Numbered from the stretch's first letter, positions 1-13,774 are shown. The stretch: DNA of 64,000 nucleotides from Squalus acanthias (GCA_030390025.1 CM059431.1:100070001-100134000); one strand, 5' to 3'. The notes: generated by a model from the letters alone, not told the origin. Numbers and translations are program-made.

Positions 1-6
1 ATGATC

Positions 7-420
7 GGGTGCGGTAGCACAGTGGTTAGGCCACTGGACTAGTAATCCAGAGGCATGGACTAATGATCCAGAGACGTGAGTTCAAACCCCACCGTGGCAG
101 CTGGGGGATTTAAATTAATAAATAAAACCAGTTCATAAATAAATCTGGAATAAAAAGCTAGTATCTGTAATGAAACTACCGGATTGTTGTAAAAACCCAT
201 GTTGTTCACTAGTGTCCTTTAGGGAAGGAAATCTGCCGCCCTTACCCGGTCTGGCCGATATGTGGCTCCAGACCCACAGCAATGTGGTTGATTCTTAACT
301 GCCCTCTGAAATGGCCTAGCAAGCCATTCAGTTGTATAAGGCGGCTCACCACCTCGTTCTCGAGGGCAATTAGGGATGGGCAATAAATGCCGGCGATGCC
401 CACATCCCGTGAACGAATAA
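7..420 (+). mobile_element. tRNA-derived SINE (family B) with a 3' tail shared with the YSPLAW-type LINE
   Basis: A-box-like gtagcacagtgg, B-box-like gagttcaaacc; body gtcctttagggaaggaaatctgcc recurs at ~10459-10610, 21470-21855 (-) and 34035-34112; tail gggcaattagggatgggcaataaatg. Confidence 0.8.
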
Positions 421-786
421 ATTAAGCAGAGGTGCAAATTATTTTCTTTGTACTTGTCTTGTCGAGTGGAGAAAGGGCGGATGTACGGTTCATGTTTCCT
501 TTGGCCTCGTTCAAATGCACTTCACATCGGACCCTTCCAGCCGGCAAACCAAGGAGACTTTCCTCCCATCAGCCCGAGCAGGATTTGAACTCCAGGTCAC
601 ACAGGTGAAAGGCCAGACTGTTCACCAACACCACAATAGCAAGAGATGCTTATTCTAACGCCGTGTCACCAAGGAAAGGGGACTGGCATGAGGCCAAAGG
701 AAACATGAACCGTACATCCGCCCTTTCTCCACTCGACAAGACAAGTGCCAAGAAAATAATTTGTCTAAGTTGTGCCTCCACTCGTC

Positions 787-1440
787 ATAGTCGCACAGCA
801 CAGCAGGAGGCCGTTCGGCCCATCGTGCCTGTGCCGGCTCTTAGAAAGAGCTCTCCAATTAGTCCTACTCCCCCCTGCTCTTTCCCCACAGCCCTGCAAG
901 TTTCTCCCCTTTTAAGTATTTATCCAATTCCCTTTTGAAAGTTGCTATTGAATCTGCTTCCACCGCCCTTTCAGGCAGCGCATTCCAGACCACAACAACT
1001 CGCTGCGTAAAAAAGAAATTCTCCTCATCTCCCCTCTGGTTCTTTTGCCAATTACCTTCAATCTGTGCCCTCTGGTCACCGACCCTCCTGCCACTGGAAA
1101 CAGTTTCTCCTTATTTACTCTATCAAAACCCTTTGTGATTTTGAACGCCTCCAATAAATCTCCCCTCAACCATCTCTGCTCTAAGGAGAACATTCCCAGC
1201 TTCTCCAGTCTCTCCACGTAACTGAAGTCCCTCATCCCTGGTACCATTCTGGTAAATCTCCTCTGCACCCTCTCCAAGACCTTGACATCCTTCCTAAAGT
1301 GCGGTGTCCCAGAATTGGACACAATACTCCAGCTGGGGCCTAACCAGTGATTTTATAAAGGTTTAGAATAACTTCCTGGCTTTTGTACTGTATGCCTCTA
1401 TTTATACGCCCATGATCCAGTGTGCTTTATTAACAGCCTT
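787..1440 (-). mobile_element. 5'-truncated CR1 LINE (ORF2 C-terminus + 3'UTR)
   Basis: ERVQRRFTRMVPG...RGDL...TRGH motifs; tail tgggccgaacggcctcctgctgtgctgtg. Confidence 0.9.
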
Positions 1441-1607
1441 GTGTGCTGTGTCAGTTGTTTATTATTTAAAGGAATATCATAAAACAGAAGTGGAACCTGA
1501 AATTATTAAAATTAGAGAGAATATAATGAGTGGGAATGGCCATGATGCCATCCACACCAAAGGCACGACCGCCAATGGTGGAGCGATGAAAATCAGGAAT
1601 CTGGGAG

Positions 1608-1855
1608 GGCTGTAGGGCTAGAGGAGGTTACGGAGATAGGGAGGGGGGGCGAGGAAGGATTTGAACACTAGGATGAGAATTTTGTAATCGAGGCGTTGCC
1701 GGACCGGGAGCCAATGTAGGTCAGCAAGCACAGGGGTGATGGGTGAACGGGACTTGGTGCGAGTTAGGACACGGGGCAGCCGAGTTTTGGATGAGCTCAA
1801 GGTGGAAGGTGGGCGGCTGGCCTGGAGAGAATTGGAATGGTCGAATCTGAAGGTG
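1608..1855 (-). mobile_element. L2 LINE fragment
   Basis: RVLTRTKSRSPITPVLADLHWLPVRQRLDYKILILVFKS, typical L2 ORF2 C-terminus. Confidence 0.85.
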
Positions 1856-2059
1856 ATTACATGTTGCATCTATTTCCTCTGAATAAATGGAAGTTCAGAA
1901 GATCCGAGCAGTCGGAGAAAATCCTTATTGCCCCTGACCCTTGGCTATCCGAGTGTGCCGATGAGCAAAGGCTACATCACATTGCCTCGCAGGAAGGATC
2001 TCTGTTTTGGATGGGGCTCAAATATTGTTACAAACCCAGAGACATTCCAGTTGACCATA

Positions 2060-2325
2060 TGGTTTCTCTTGCCTTGCTCTTGCCTTGATCATCTCTTAAT
2101 GTTTCTTAATCTCTCCTTTTGTTCTTTCATCCCCTCCCCCTTTTCCCAGCTTTATCCTTGCCTTAAATCTATTTCATTTCCTGCTATTTCCAGTTCTGAC
2201 GAAAGGTTTTCGACCTGAAACGTTAACTCTGTTTCTCTCTCCACGGATGCTGCCTGGCCTGCTGAGTTTTTCCAGCGTTTTCTGTTGTTATTTCGGATTT
2301 CCAGCATCTGCAGTATTTTGCTATC
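2060..2325 (+). mobile_element. Penelope-like element terminal fragment (solo tail)
   Basis: Matches the sequence following the GIY-YIG ORF at 32400-32670 (ctgacgaa...gaaacgttaactctgtttctctctccac...ccagcatctgcagtattttgct). Confidence 0.8.
2192..2228 (+). ncRNA. Minimal hammerhead ribozyme motif (Penelope-associated)
   Basis: AGTT-CTGACGA-A-AGGT tttcg ACCT-GAAA-CGT-T-AACT: intact core, stem II, palindromic ACGT stem III, stem I AGTT/AACT. Confidence 0.7.
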
Positions 2326-2334
2326 ATATGGTTT

Positions 2335-2650
2335 CTCTTATTTGTTCTGGAGTGTGGGCGACGCTGGCGAGGCCAGCATTTATTGCCCATCCCTAGTTGC
2401 CCTGAGAAGGTGGTGGTTGGCCGCCCTCTTGCACCGTTGCAGTCCGTGTGGTGCTGGTGCTCCAATTCAGGATGGTGTGCGACTTGGAGGGGAACTTGGA
2501 AGCGGTGGCGTTCCCATGATATTACTGCTCAGTGGTAGAGGTCACGAGGGGGGCGGTGGAGGTGCTGTCAAAGTAAACTTGGCGGGTTGCTGCTGCGCTT
2601 CGTGTAGATGGTACATGCCGCAGTGTGCCGGTGGCGGAGGGAGTGGATAT
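2335..2650 (-). mobile_element. Degenerate 3' fragment of YSPLAW-type LINE
   Basis: Similar to 7955-8157 and 57510-57900. Confidence 0.75.
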
Positions 2651-2974
2651 TAAAAGAAAACTACTTTAAAATCAGGGTATCCTATCTCTGGCGGCAATTC
2701 CCCCTATTTTCCCTCTGCCCCTGCCCTAAGCATGTTTCCTTGTTCAGAGGCTAAGAAGAAAGTCCTCTTCTGACATTTCAAGCTGGTAGGGATTGTGAAA
2801 GAGCCCCCCCACTAATTTGACCTTTCCTGTGGTCATATTTCCCTCTCATTCTCACTGGCCAAAGGTTTATGTGTGGGGAATGTTAGACATGAACTTGTGT
2901 CCTGCTGATGAGATAGCGAGATGTGAAATGTCATCATTCTTGTGATCTTGGCCTCTCGGTATTTAAACTTGTTG

Positions 2975-3450
2975 TAGGAACAGGGGGAGGCCATTCAGCC
3001 CCTCGAGCCTGTTCCGCCATTCAGTTCAGATCACGGCTGATCTGTATCTTAACTCCATCTACCCGCCTTGGTTCCGTAACCCTTAATACCCTTGCCCAAC
3101 AAAAATCTATCGATCTCAGTTTTGAAATTTTCAATTGCCCCCCCCAGCCTCAACAGCTTTTTGGGGGAGAGAGTTCCAGATTTCCACCACCCTTTGTGTG
3201 AAGAAGTGCTTCCTGACATCACCCCTGAACGGCCTGGCTCTAATTTTAAGATGATGCCCCCTTGTTCTGGACTTCCCCCCCCCCCCCCCCCCCCCCCCCC
3301 CCAGCAGTTGAAATAGTTTCTCTTTCTCTACCCTATCGAATCCTTTAATCATCTTAAACACCTCACCCCTTAATCTTCTATAGTCGAGGGACAACACGCC
3401 CAGTCTGTGCAACCTGCTCTCGTAACTTAACCCTTTCAGCCCCGGTATCA
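2975..3450 (-). mobile_element. CR1 3' fragment with internal poly-C run
   Basis: MIPGLKGLSYE...RTRGHHLKI...FFTQRVVEIWNSLP; C-run at ~3275-3302. Confidence 0.88.
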
Positions 3451-4057
3451 CTCTGGTGAAGTTGGGATGTGATAGTTGAGTTCTTGTTGCATGGCAGACG
3501 TTGAGGTGTCATTGCTGTCGATGTGCTCATCACTTGAAGGAACGGTAGCATGTAAAATGTCATTGGTTTAAATAGTCTTATTTGCAGCACAGATTACAGC
3601 AATTTTCAGATTAACAGCGTATACTGTTGAGTAAAAGCAGACATCTGTCCATTATGGTCACGAGTGTCCGGTACCATTAGACCAGCCATCTGGCCAGATT
3701 AGCCTGGGCCTCCCCTGGAGTAACTTCAGTTCAGCAGGTTTACTTATTTGTTCAATAGGAGCTTTTAATTTTTTTCCCTTCTATTTTCAGAATGTGAAAC
3801 CATGCAGAAAAATTCATAGCATTGTAAAATATAGTAACTTGTCCGAACGAAATAACGAAAATATAGTAACTTGTCCTATGAAGCTGTTTTGATGGAGTAA
3901 ATAAGGAGAAACTACGCTTTGATCCCAATCTTATCCCTCTCCTTCTGTTTCTTCCCTTGTTACATTTCCTTTTTTCTGTCATTCCTGGAGTCCACAACTG
4001 GATCCTGACAGACTAAATGCTGCCAGCTAGAAAATAATAATATTGTGCATTTTCTGA

Positions 4058-4371
4058 GACCTTGGCATCTGCGCTCCTCCAATTCTGGCCTCTTGCTCAT
4101 CCCCGATTTCCATCGCTCCACCATTGGCGGCCGTGCCTTCAGCTGCCGAGGCCCTAAGCTCTGGAATTCCCTCCCTAAACCTCTCCGCCTCTCTCTCCTC
4201 CTTTAAGACGCTGCTTAAAACCGACCTCTTTGACCCAGCTTTTGGTCACCTGCCCTAATATCTCCTTATGTGGCTTGGTGTCAAATTTTATTTGATAATC
4301 CTCCTGTGAAGCACCTTGGGACGTTTTACTACGTTAAAGGCGCTATATAAATACAAGTTGTTGTTGTTGTT
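4058..4371 (+). mobile_element. L2 LINE 3' end
   Basis: ggcggccgtgccttcagc (GGRAFS)...aaaggcgctatataaatacaag(ttg)n; matches 23000-23308. Confidence 0.85.
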
Positions 4372-4412
4372 GAAAGGTGTAATTAAGTTGGCGCTGAAAT
4401 GGTGAAGGATGC

Positions 4413-4682
4413 TGTGTGTCTGGGTGTGTGTGGTTGGTTGGGTGTGTGTGGTTGGTTGGGTGTGTGGGTGGGTGTGGTGTCGTGGTGGGTGGGGGTGTGG
4501 GTGTGGTGTGTGGTGTCTGGGTGGGTGTGGTGTCTGTGGTGGTGGGTGGGTGTGGTGTCTGTGTGGGTGTGGTGTCTGTCTGGGTGGGTGTGGTGTCTGG
4601 GTGGGTGTGGTGTCTGGGTGGGTGTGGTGTCTGGGTGGGTGTGGTGTCTGTGGGTGTGTGTGGTGTCTGGTGGTGTGTGTGT
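4413..4682. repeat. GT-rich compound micro/minisatellite (~17-bp ggtgtctgggtgggtgt unit)
   Basis: Direct inspection. Confidence 0.9.
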
Positions 4683-4936
4683 ATAACTTGCTTTTAATGT
4701 TGGGTGAATCATTTTTTTGCCATTTGATTAGTTTGTGTGTTTACTGTTCGTGCTCAGAGCAACCACAGCGACGAATGTTGTCTGGTCGCTGTGACATTGT
4801 AAAGCAAAAATGTAAACCTTCAGACTAGGTCATAACTGAGGAAAAAATTCAACTCTTGAATTTAAAATAAAAATTCCGGTGAATTGTTGATGCTGGCCTG
4901 ATCTAAAGGGATGGTTCAGAAGGTCTAGTGAAGATT

Positions 4937-5407
4937 AGAAAGAAAAACTTGCATTTCTACAGCGCCTTTCATGACCACCGGACGTCTCAAAGCGCTTTAC
5001 AGCCAATGAAGTACTTTTTGAAGTGTAGTCACTGTTGTAATGTGGGAAATGCGGCAGCCAATTTGCACACAGCAAGCTCCCACAAACAGCAATATGATAA
5101 TGACCAGATCATCTGTTTTTGTTATGCTGGTTGAGGGATAAATATTGGCCCAGGACACCGGGGAGAACTCCCCTACTCTTCTTCAAAATAGTGGCCGTGG
5201 GATCTTTTACGTCCACCTGAGAGAGCAGACGGGGCCTCGGTTTAACATCTCATCCGAAAGACAGCACCTCTGACAGTGCGGCACTCCCTCAGCACTGCAC
5301 TGAAGTGTCAGCCTAGCTTTATGTGCTCAAGTCCCTGGAGCGAGACTTGAACCCACAACCTTCTGACTCAGAGGCGAGTGTGCTACCAACTGAGCCACAG
5401 CTGACAC
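4937..5407 (-). mobile_element. DeuSINE (SacSINE1-like), single 33-bp unit
   Basis: tRNA head (tggctcagttgg, ggttcaagtc), Deu-like domain (ggatgagatgttaaaccgagg...aagatccc...ccccggtgtcctgg), L2-like tail. Confidence 0.85.
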
Positions 5408-5734
5408 TGTAGTGCATGGTGATGGATCTAACCTACACGTACACTTTTTTTCATTACTCTTAAAGCTTTGACAGTTCAGCGCACCCTGTGGAGGAGCAGG
5501 GGAATCACTGACTGACAGCAACTTCTGGATTTACACCTCTAACAGTGCATGCGGTTTCACAGAGTAATGGCGGTGAAAGTCATTCTAAATATGGAAGGAG
5601 GAAAATGATACTTGGATCATTTGATCCTGCCATAACCTGAGCTAAGATTTTTTATTTTAGGTCGTGTGGTACCAAAATCCATTTTTTTTTTTGCCATTTG
5701 ATTAGTTTGTGTGTTTACTGTTTTGTGACACATT

Positions 5735-6095
5735 GGCCCTGAATTTCCGATCGGAGGCTCCCTGCGGGCGGATGCCTCCGATCGGATAAAATCTACGAAC
5801 TTACCTGCTGGCTCCGTAGATCCCGAGGCTTGCGATCCTGGGCCTCTCCTGGTCCGCGCGCAGAGGCCCAGGTATCCCAGGGGGCGCAGGCGGTTCGCAA
5901 GCGTCCCTGGGATCACGTGGGCCACGGGGAACCAATCAAAGAAGGGAATCCCCCTTCACACTTTTGACAGGTCTGTACACACAGAACTGTCAAAAGTATG
6001 AATGGGTATCACTTAAAAAAACACAATTAAACATTAACTAATTTTTTTTTTAAATCACATATTTAAAATTACATTAAATTTAAATATTTTAAATT
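5735..6095 (+). mobile_element. Truncated copy of the GC-rich hairpin MITE family (family M1)
   Basis: Begins att|ggccctgaattt; homologous to the left end of 38054 and the reverse complement of the 19796 end. Confidence 0.7.
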
Positions 6096-6247
6096 TAAAC
6101 TCCCCCTCTGCTCTTTCCCCATAGCCTGGCAAATCTTTCCTTTTCAAGTATTTATCCAATTCCCAGGAGGTCGAATATTGTTACCTGTACACAGTGATTT
6201 TTTTTTTTCTATCCAGGTCTGCTTGTTGATGGTTTACTCTTTTATAG

Positions 6248-6352
<105 letters not shown>

Positions 6353-6355
6353 TAA

Positions 6356-6565
<210 letters not shown>

Positions 6566-6574
6566 TAAGAACAA

Positions 6575-7804
<1,230 letters not shown>

Positions 7805-7954
7805 TGAGGCCTGATTTTACAAATGTTGCTTTTCTTAATCAATATTGGGTTATATCTAATTTATTATTTTGAATTATTATCTGTGGCTCCTTTTTTCGTG
7901 TCAACAAAATTTCTTTTCAATTAACTAATCTGTTTTATTTTTACTGAAATAAGT

Positions 7955-10458
7955 TTTTTTTAATTCGTTCATGGGATGTGGGTGTCGCTGGCAAGACCAG
8001 CATTTATTGCCCATCCCTAATTGCCCTTGAGAAGATGGTGGTGAGCCACCTTCTTGAACCGCTGCAGTCCGTGTGGTGATGGTACTCCCACAGTGCTGTT
8101 AGGGAGGGAGTTCCATGATTTTGACCCAGCGACGATGAAGGATCGGCGATATACTTCTAAAAAATCACTGGATTGGGGGTAATATTCTGGCATGGGTGGA
8201 TGATTGGTTATCTAACAGGAAGCAGAGAGTTGGGATAAATGGTTCATTCTCGGACTGGCAACCAGTAGCCAGTGGTGTTCCGCAGGGGTCGGTGCTGGGT
8301 CCCCAACTCTTTACAATCTATTAACGATTTGGAGGAGGGGACCAAGTGTAACATATCAAAGTTTGCAGATGATACAAAGATGGGAGGGAAAGTAGAGAGT
8401 GAGGAGGACATAAAAAACCAACAAAGGGATATAGACAGGCTGGGTGAGTGGGCGGAGATTTGGCAGATGCAATACAATATTGGAAAATTTGAGGTTATGC
8501 ACTTTGGCAGGAAAAATCAGAGAGCAAGTTATTATCTTAATGGCGAGAAACTGGAAAGTACTGCAGTACAAAGGGATCTGGGGTCCTAGTGCAAGAAAAT
8601 CAAAAAGTTAGTATGCAGGTGCAGCAGGTGATCAAGAAGGCCAACGGAATGTTGGCTTTTATTGCTAGGGGGATAGATTATAAAAACAGGGAGGTATTGC
8701 TGCAGTTATATAAGGTATTGGTGAGACCGCACCTGGAATACTGCATACAGTTTTGGTGTCCATACTTAAGAAAAGACATACTTGCTCTCGAGGCAGTACA
8801 AAGAAGGTTCACTCGGTTAATCCCGGAGATGAGGGGGTGGACATATGAGGAGAGGTTGAGTAGATTGGGACTCTACTCATTGGAGTTCAGAAGAATGAGA
8901 GGCGATCTTATTGAAACATATAAGATTGTGAAGGGTCTTGATCGGGTGGATGCGGTAAGGATGTTCCCAAGGATGGGTGAAACTAGAACTAGGGGGCATA
9001 ATCTTAGAATAAGGGGCTGCTCTTTCAAAACTGAGATGAGGAGAAACTTCTTCACTCAGAGGGTAGTAGGTCTGTGGAATTTGCTGCCCCAGGAAGCTGT
9101 GGAAGCTACATCATTAAATAAATTTAAAACAGAAATAGATAGTTTCCTAGAGGTAAAGGGAATTAGGGGTTACGGTGAGCGGGCAGGAAATTGGACATGA
9201 GGCTGAGTTCGGATTGGTCAGGGCCCTGTGGGTGGCGGAGCGGGCCCAGGGGCTGAGTGGCCGGGTCCTGCTCCTACTTCTTGTGTTCTTTAGATTTGAG
9301 GTGAGGATCAGATCAGCCATGATCTTATTGAATGGCGGAGCAGGCTCGAGGGGCCGATTGGCCTACTCCTGCTCCTATTTCTTATGTTAAGTCAGGATGG
9401 TGTGTGACTTGGAGGGGAACTTGGAGGTGGTGCTGTTCCCATGCACCTGCTGCCCTTGTCCTTCTAGGTGGTAGAGGTCGCGGGTTTGGGAGGTGCTGCT
9501 GAAGAAGCCTTGGCGAGTTGCTGCAGTGCATCTTGTAGATGGTGCACACTGCAGCCACGGTACGCCGGTGGTGGAGGGAGTGAATGTTTAAGGTGGTGGA
9601 TGGGGTGCCAATCAAATGAGCTGCATTGTCCTGTTTGGTGTCGAGCTCCTTGAGTGTTGTTGGAGCTGCACTCATCCAGGCAAGTGGAGAGTATTCCATC
9701 ACACTCCTTACTTGTGCCTTGTAGATGGTGGAAAGGCTTTGGGGAGTTAGGAGGTGAGACACTCGCCGCAGAATACCCAGCCTCTGACCTGCTCTTGTAG
9801 CCACAGTATTGATGTGGCTGGTCTAGTTAAGTTTCTGGTCAATGGTGACCCCCAGGATGTTGATGGTGGGGGATTCGGCAGTGGTAATGCCATTGAATGT
9901 CAGTGTTAATTGGTTGGGCCTAGGACACTGCCCTGAGGAACTCCTGCAGCGATGTCCTGGGGCTGGGATGATTGACCTCCAACAACTACAACCATCATCC
10001 TTTGTGGTAGGTATGACGCCAGCCAGTGGAGAGTTTTCCCCCCAATTCCCATCGACTTCAGTTTTATTCGGGCTCCTTGATGCCACACTCGGTCAAATGC
10101 TGCCTTGATTTCAAGGGCAGTCACTCTCACCTCACCTCACCTCTGGAATTCAGCTCCTTTGTCCATGTTTGGACCAAGGCTGTAATGAGGTCTGGAGCCG
10201 AATGGTCCTGGTGGAACCCAAACTGCTGAGCAGGTTATTGGTGAGTAAGTGCCACTTGATAGCACTGTCGACGACACCTTCCATCACTTTGCTGATGATT
10301 GAGAGTAGACTGATGGGGCAGTAATTGGCCGGATTGGATTTGTCCTGCTTTTTGTGGACAGGACATACCTGGGCAGTTTTCCACGTTTTCGGATAGATGC
10401 CAGTGTTGTAGCTGTACTGGAACAGCTTGGCTAGAGGCGCGGCTAGTTCTGGAGCACA
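7955..10458 (-). mobile_element. YSPLAW-type CR1-related LINE (RT to 3' end, rearranged), interrupted by a CR1 insertion at 8161-9387
   Basis: AAFDRVWH, GVPQGSVLGP, YKAQVRSVMEYSPLAWMSAAP; host junction atacttctaa|gtcaggatgg is contiguous in the copy at 57711-57730. Confidence 0.85.
8161..9387 (+). mobile_element. Young 5'-truncated CR1 (HER1-like) with duplicated 3' tail
   Basis: KFADDTK, RPHLEYC, TRGH, FFTQRVV; about 6 aa differences over ~200 aa from the 43846-45160 copy. Confidence 0.93.
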
Positions 10459-10714
10459 GTAATGGTGACCATGAAACTACTGGATTGTCGTAAAAACCCA
10501 TCTGGTTCACTAATGTCCTTTAGGGAAGGAAATCTGCCGTCCTTACCCGGTCTGGCCTATATGTGACTCCAGACCCACAGCAATGTGGTTGACTCTTAAC
10601 TGCCCTTTGTGGTTCAAGAAGGCGAGCTAATAGAACAATATTAGAGTGAAGCTCAGTGGAAACGCAGTAATAAAGAAACGGAGCCGAGCAATCTGCAAAA
10701 ACCGTTAAAAACAG

Positions 10715-11000
10715 CTTCTCCGGCAGCACCTCCCAAACCCGCGAACTCTTCCACCTAGAAGGACAAGGGCAGCAGGTGCATGGGAACACCACCACCTCCA
10801 AGTTCCCCTCCACGTCACACACCATCCTGACTTGGAAATATATCGGACGTTCCTTCATCGTTGCTGGATCAAAATCCTGGAACTCCCTCCCTAACAGCAC
10901 TGTGAGTACCTTCACCACACGGACTGCAGCGGTTCAAGAAGGTGGCTCACCACCACCTTCTCAAGGGGCAATTATGGATGGGCAATAAATGCTGGCCTTT
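10715..11000 (+). mobile_element. YSPLAW-type LINE 3' end
   Basis: cggcagcacctcccaaacccgcg...gggcaataaatgctggcctt. Confidence 0.8.
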
Positions 11001-11259
11001 GAACCTAGTTGCTTTTGTGTAGTCAGAATACAGAATCTACGCTTTTATGTCATGACCATGTCATCAATAATGTCTTTTCTTTTAAGCATCTTGTTGGTAT
11101 CGAGAGATTTTTTTTTTAAAAAGCAAAAATTGTAAGCATAACTTGATCTATTATCTCATGGTAAACAGAAGGACTAAAGTTGACCTTCCTTTTTATTAGA
11201 GTTTGCTGTTTTTTTGAAAAATCAGATGTAGTCCCCAGTTACAGCTTCATTTTGTCAAA

Positions 11260-12095
11260 CAAATCACTGGAGTCATTTCTAGAGGGATAGAATTGAAAAG
11301 CAGAGAAGTTATGTAAAACTTGTATCGAACCTTGGTTAGCCCACACTTGGAGTATTGTGCACAGTTCCATGAACAATGACGGACAGGTAGAGACCCTCTG
11401 GTCCATCCAGCCTGTCCCACACAATTGCGATACCTTGTATCACAATATATACACTCTCCACCCCAGTCGAAACCATGGGATCTCCTGGGAGAGGCAAAAA
11501 AACGGATAAAAAACCCAGGCCAATTTGGGGGGGGGGGACGGAAAATGGGAAGTTCCTCTCCGACCCACCTAGGCGATCGAAGCTAGTCCAGGAGACCTGG
11601 TCACCATATTATAAAAAGGATATGGAGGCACTGGAAAAGGTGCAAAAAAGATTTACAAGAATGATACCAGAACTGAGCGGTTATAACTATCAGGAAAGAC
11701 TGAACAGGCTGGAGCTCTTTTCTCTAGAAAAGAGAAGGCTGAGGGGTGACCTGATAGAGGTCTTTAAAATTATGAAGGCGTTCAATAGGGTAGACGTAGA
11801 GAGATGTTTCCACTTGTGGGGGAGACCAGAACTAGGGGCCATCAATATAAGATAGTCACTAATAAATCCAATAGGGAATTCAGGAGAGCGGTGAGAATGT
11901 GGAACTCACTACCACAGGGAGTGGTTGACGCAAATAGAGATACATTTAAGGGGAGGCTAGATAAGTGCATGAGGAAGAAAGGAATAGAAGGATATGTTGA
12001 TAGGGTGAGATGAAGAAGGGTGGGAGGAGGCTCGTGTGGAGCATAAACACCGGCACGGACCAGTTGGGCCGAATGGCCTGTTCCTGTGCTGTGGA
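11260..12095 (+). mobile_element. CR1 3' fragment containing an antisense ~230-bp insert (11368-11596)
   Basis: PHLEYCAQF|WSPYYKKD is split by the insert; RRLRGDLIEVFK. Confidence 0.85.
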
Positions 12096-12191
12096 CTCGA
12101 TGGTCTACCCAAGTGCTACTCCACTTACTGTTCTGCAGTTCGAAACTTTCAGGTTAAATTGGCGAAGAATGTTGCTATAAAGGTGAGATGA

Positions 12192-12377
<186 letters not shown>

Positions 12378-12414
12378 TAACAACTCAATTTTCCGATAGT
12401 TTTTTTTTTTAAAA

Positions 12415-12850
12415 AGGTTAAATTCTGAGGACAGGTTGCACAGACTAGGCTTGTATTCCCTCGAGTTTAGAAGATTAAGGCTTGATCTAATCGAGGTGTT
12501 TAAAGGAGTTGACAGGGTAGATAGAGAGGAACTATTTCCTCTGGTGGGGGGAGTCCAGAACAAGGGGGCATCACCTTAAAATTAGAGCCAGGCCGTTCAG
12601 GGGTGATGTCAGGAAGCACTTCTTCACACAAAGGGTGGTGGAAATCTGGAACTCTCTCCCCCGAAAAGCTGTTGAAGCTGGGGGGTCAATTGAAAATTTC
12701 AAAACTGAGATTGATAAATTTTTGTTGGGTAAGGGTGTTAAGGGAAACGGAACCAAGGCGGGTAGATGGAGTTAAGATACAGATCAGCTGTGATCTAATT
12801 TAATGGTGGACCAAGCTCGAGGGGCTGAATGGCCTCCTCCTGTTCCTGTG
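12415..12850 (+). mobile_element. CR1 3' fragment ~50 nt downstream of exon 7
   Basis: cacaaagggtggtggaaatctggaactctctccc; tail ggggctgaatggcctcctcctgttcct. Confidence 0.85.
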
Positions 12851-13194
12851 TTTTCTCAGACACCGTACTGAAGGCGCTGCCTCCTGCAGGAGCCTGATTC
12901 CACCGGAGCCAGCTGCCTCTTGCACCTCGTCAATGTAACTCTTCTTCTGTGCGACAGGCTAGATAATGAATATCATTTTTTGCTCTTGGGCTGGGTCAGC
13001 ACAGCCCGAAGTTGGATTCTGTCCCACGCATTCTGTCCCACGCATTCTGGTCCACACATGCTCGTCCAGCAGGGGTCAGTTGACTGCGAAGGAAACAATA
13101 ATCCGGGTTTACTTCACTCTTCCCGAGGACACGGAGACTCATTGTAGAAAGTCCCATTTCCCCATCCTCTCTCTCTGATCAGCTCATTTAGAAC

Positions 13195-13615
13195 TTGATA
13201 AAATTTACAGCACAGAAACAGGCCATTCGGCCCAACCAGTCCGTGCCGGAGTTTATACTCCACACGAGTCTCCTCCCATTCCATCTGCCTCATCTCAGCC
13301 TTTCAGCCTATCTTTCTATTCCCTTTATCTCTCATGTACTCGTCTAGTTTCCTTTTGAAAGCATCTCTGCTATTTACCTCAACCACTTCCTGTGGTAGCG
13401 AGTTCCACATTCTAACCACACTCTGAGTAAAGACATTTCTCCTTATTTCCCTATTGGATTTATTAATGACTATTGTGTATTTATGGCCCCTCATTTTTGG
13501 ATTCTCCCACAAGTGGAAACATTCCACATCTACCCTGTCCAACCCATTCATAATTTTAAAGACCTCTATCAGGTCATCCCTAAGTCTTCTTTTTTCTAAA
13601 GAAAAAAGCCCCAAC
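13195..13615 (-). mobile_element. CR1 3' fragment
   Basis: LGLFSLEKRRLRDDLIEVFK...WNSLP. Confidence 0.85.
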
Positions 13616-13774
13616 TTGCTACAGTCAAGTGATTGAACTTGGGATCTTCCTGATCGATTATGGCAGAGAAGATCACACTGGTTGTTGCATGTACCTCTCT
13701 GAGCCATCGTGGGAACATAGGAACAGGAGGAGGCCATTTAGCCCCTCAAGCCTGTTTCGCCATTCAATGAGATA

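Noticed and set aside
1412..1615. 67-aa ORF with a hydrophobic N-terminus
   Set aside because: Starts in a CR1 remnant and ends in an L2 remnant; no splice or homology support
4383..4828. His/Thr/Pro- and Val/Gly/Cys/Trp-rich ORFs
   Set aside because: Translations of a GT microsatellite
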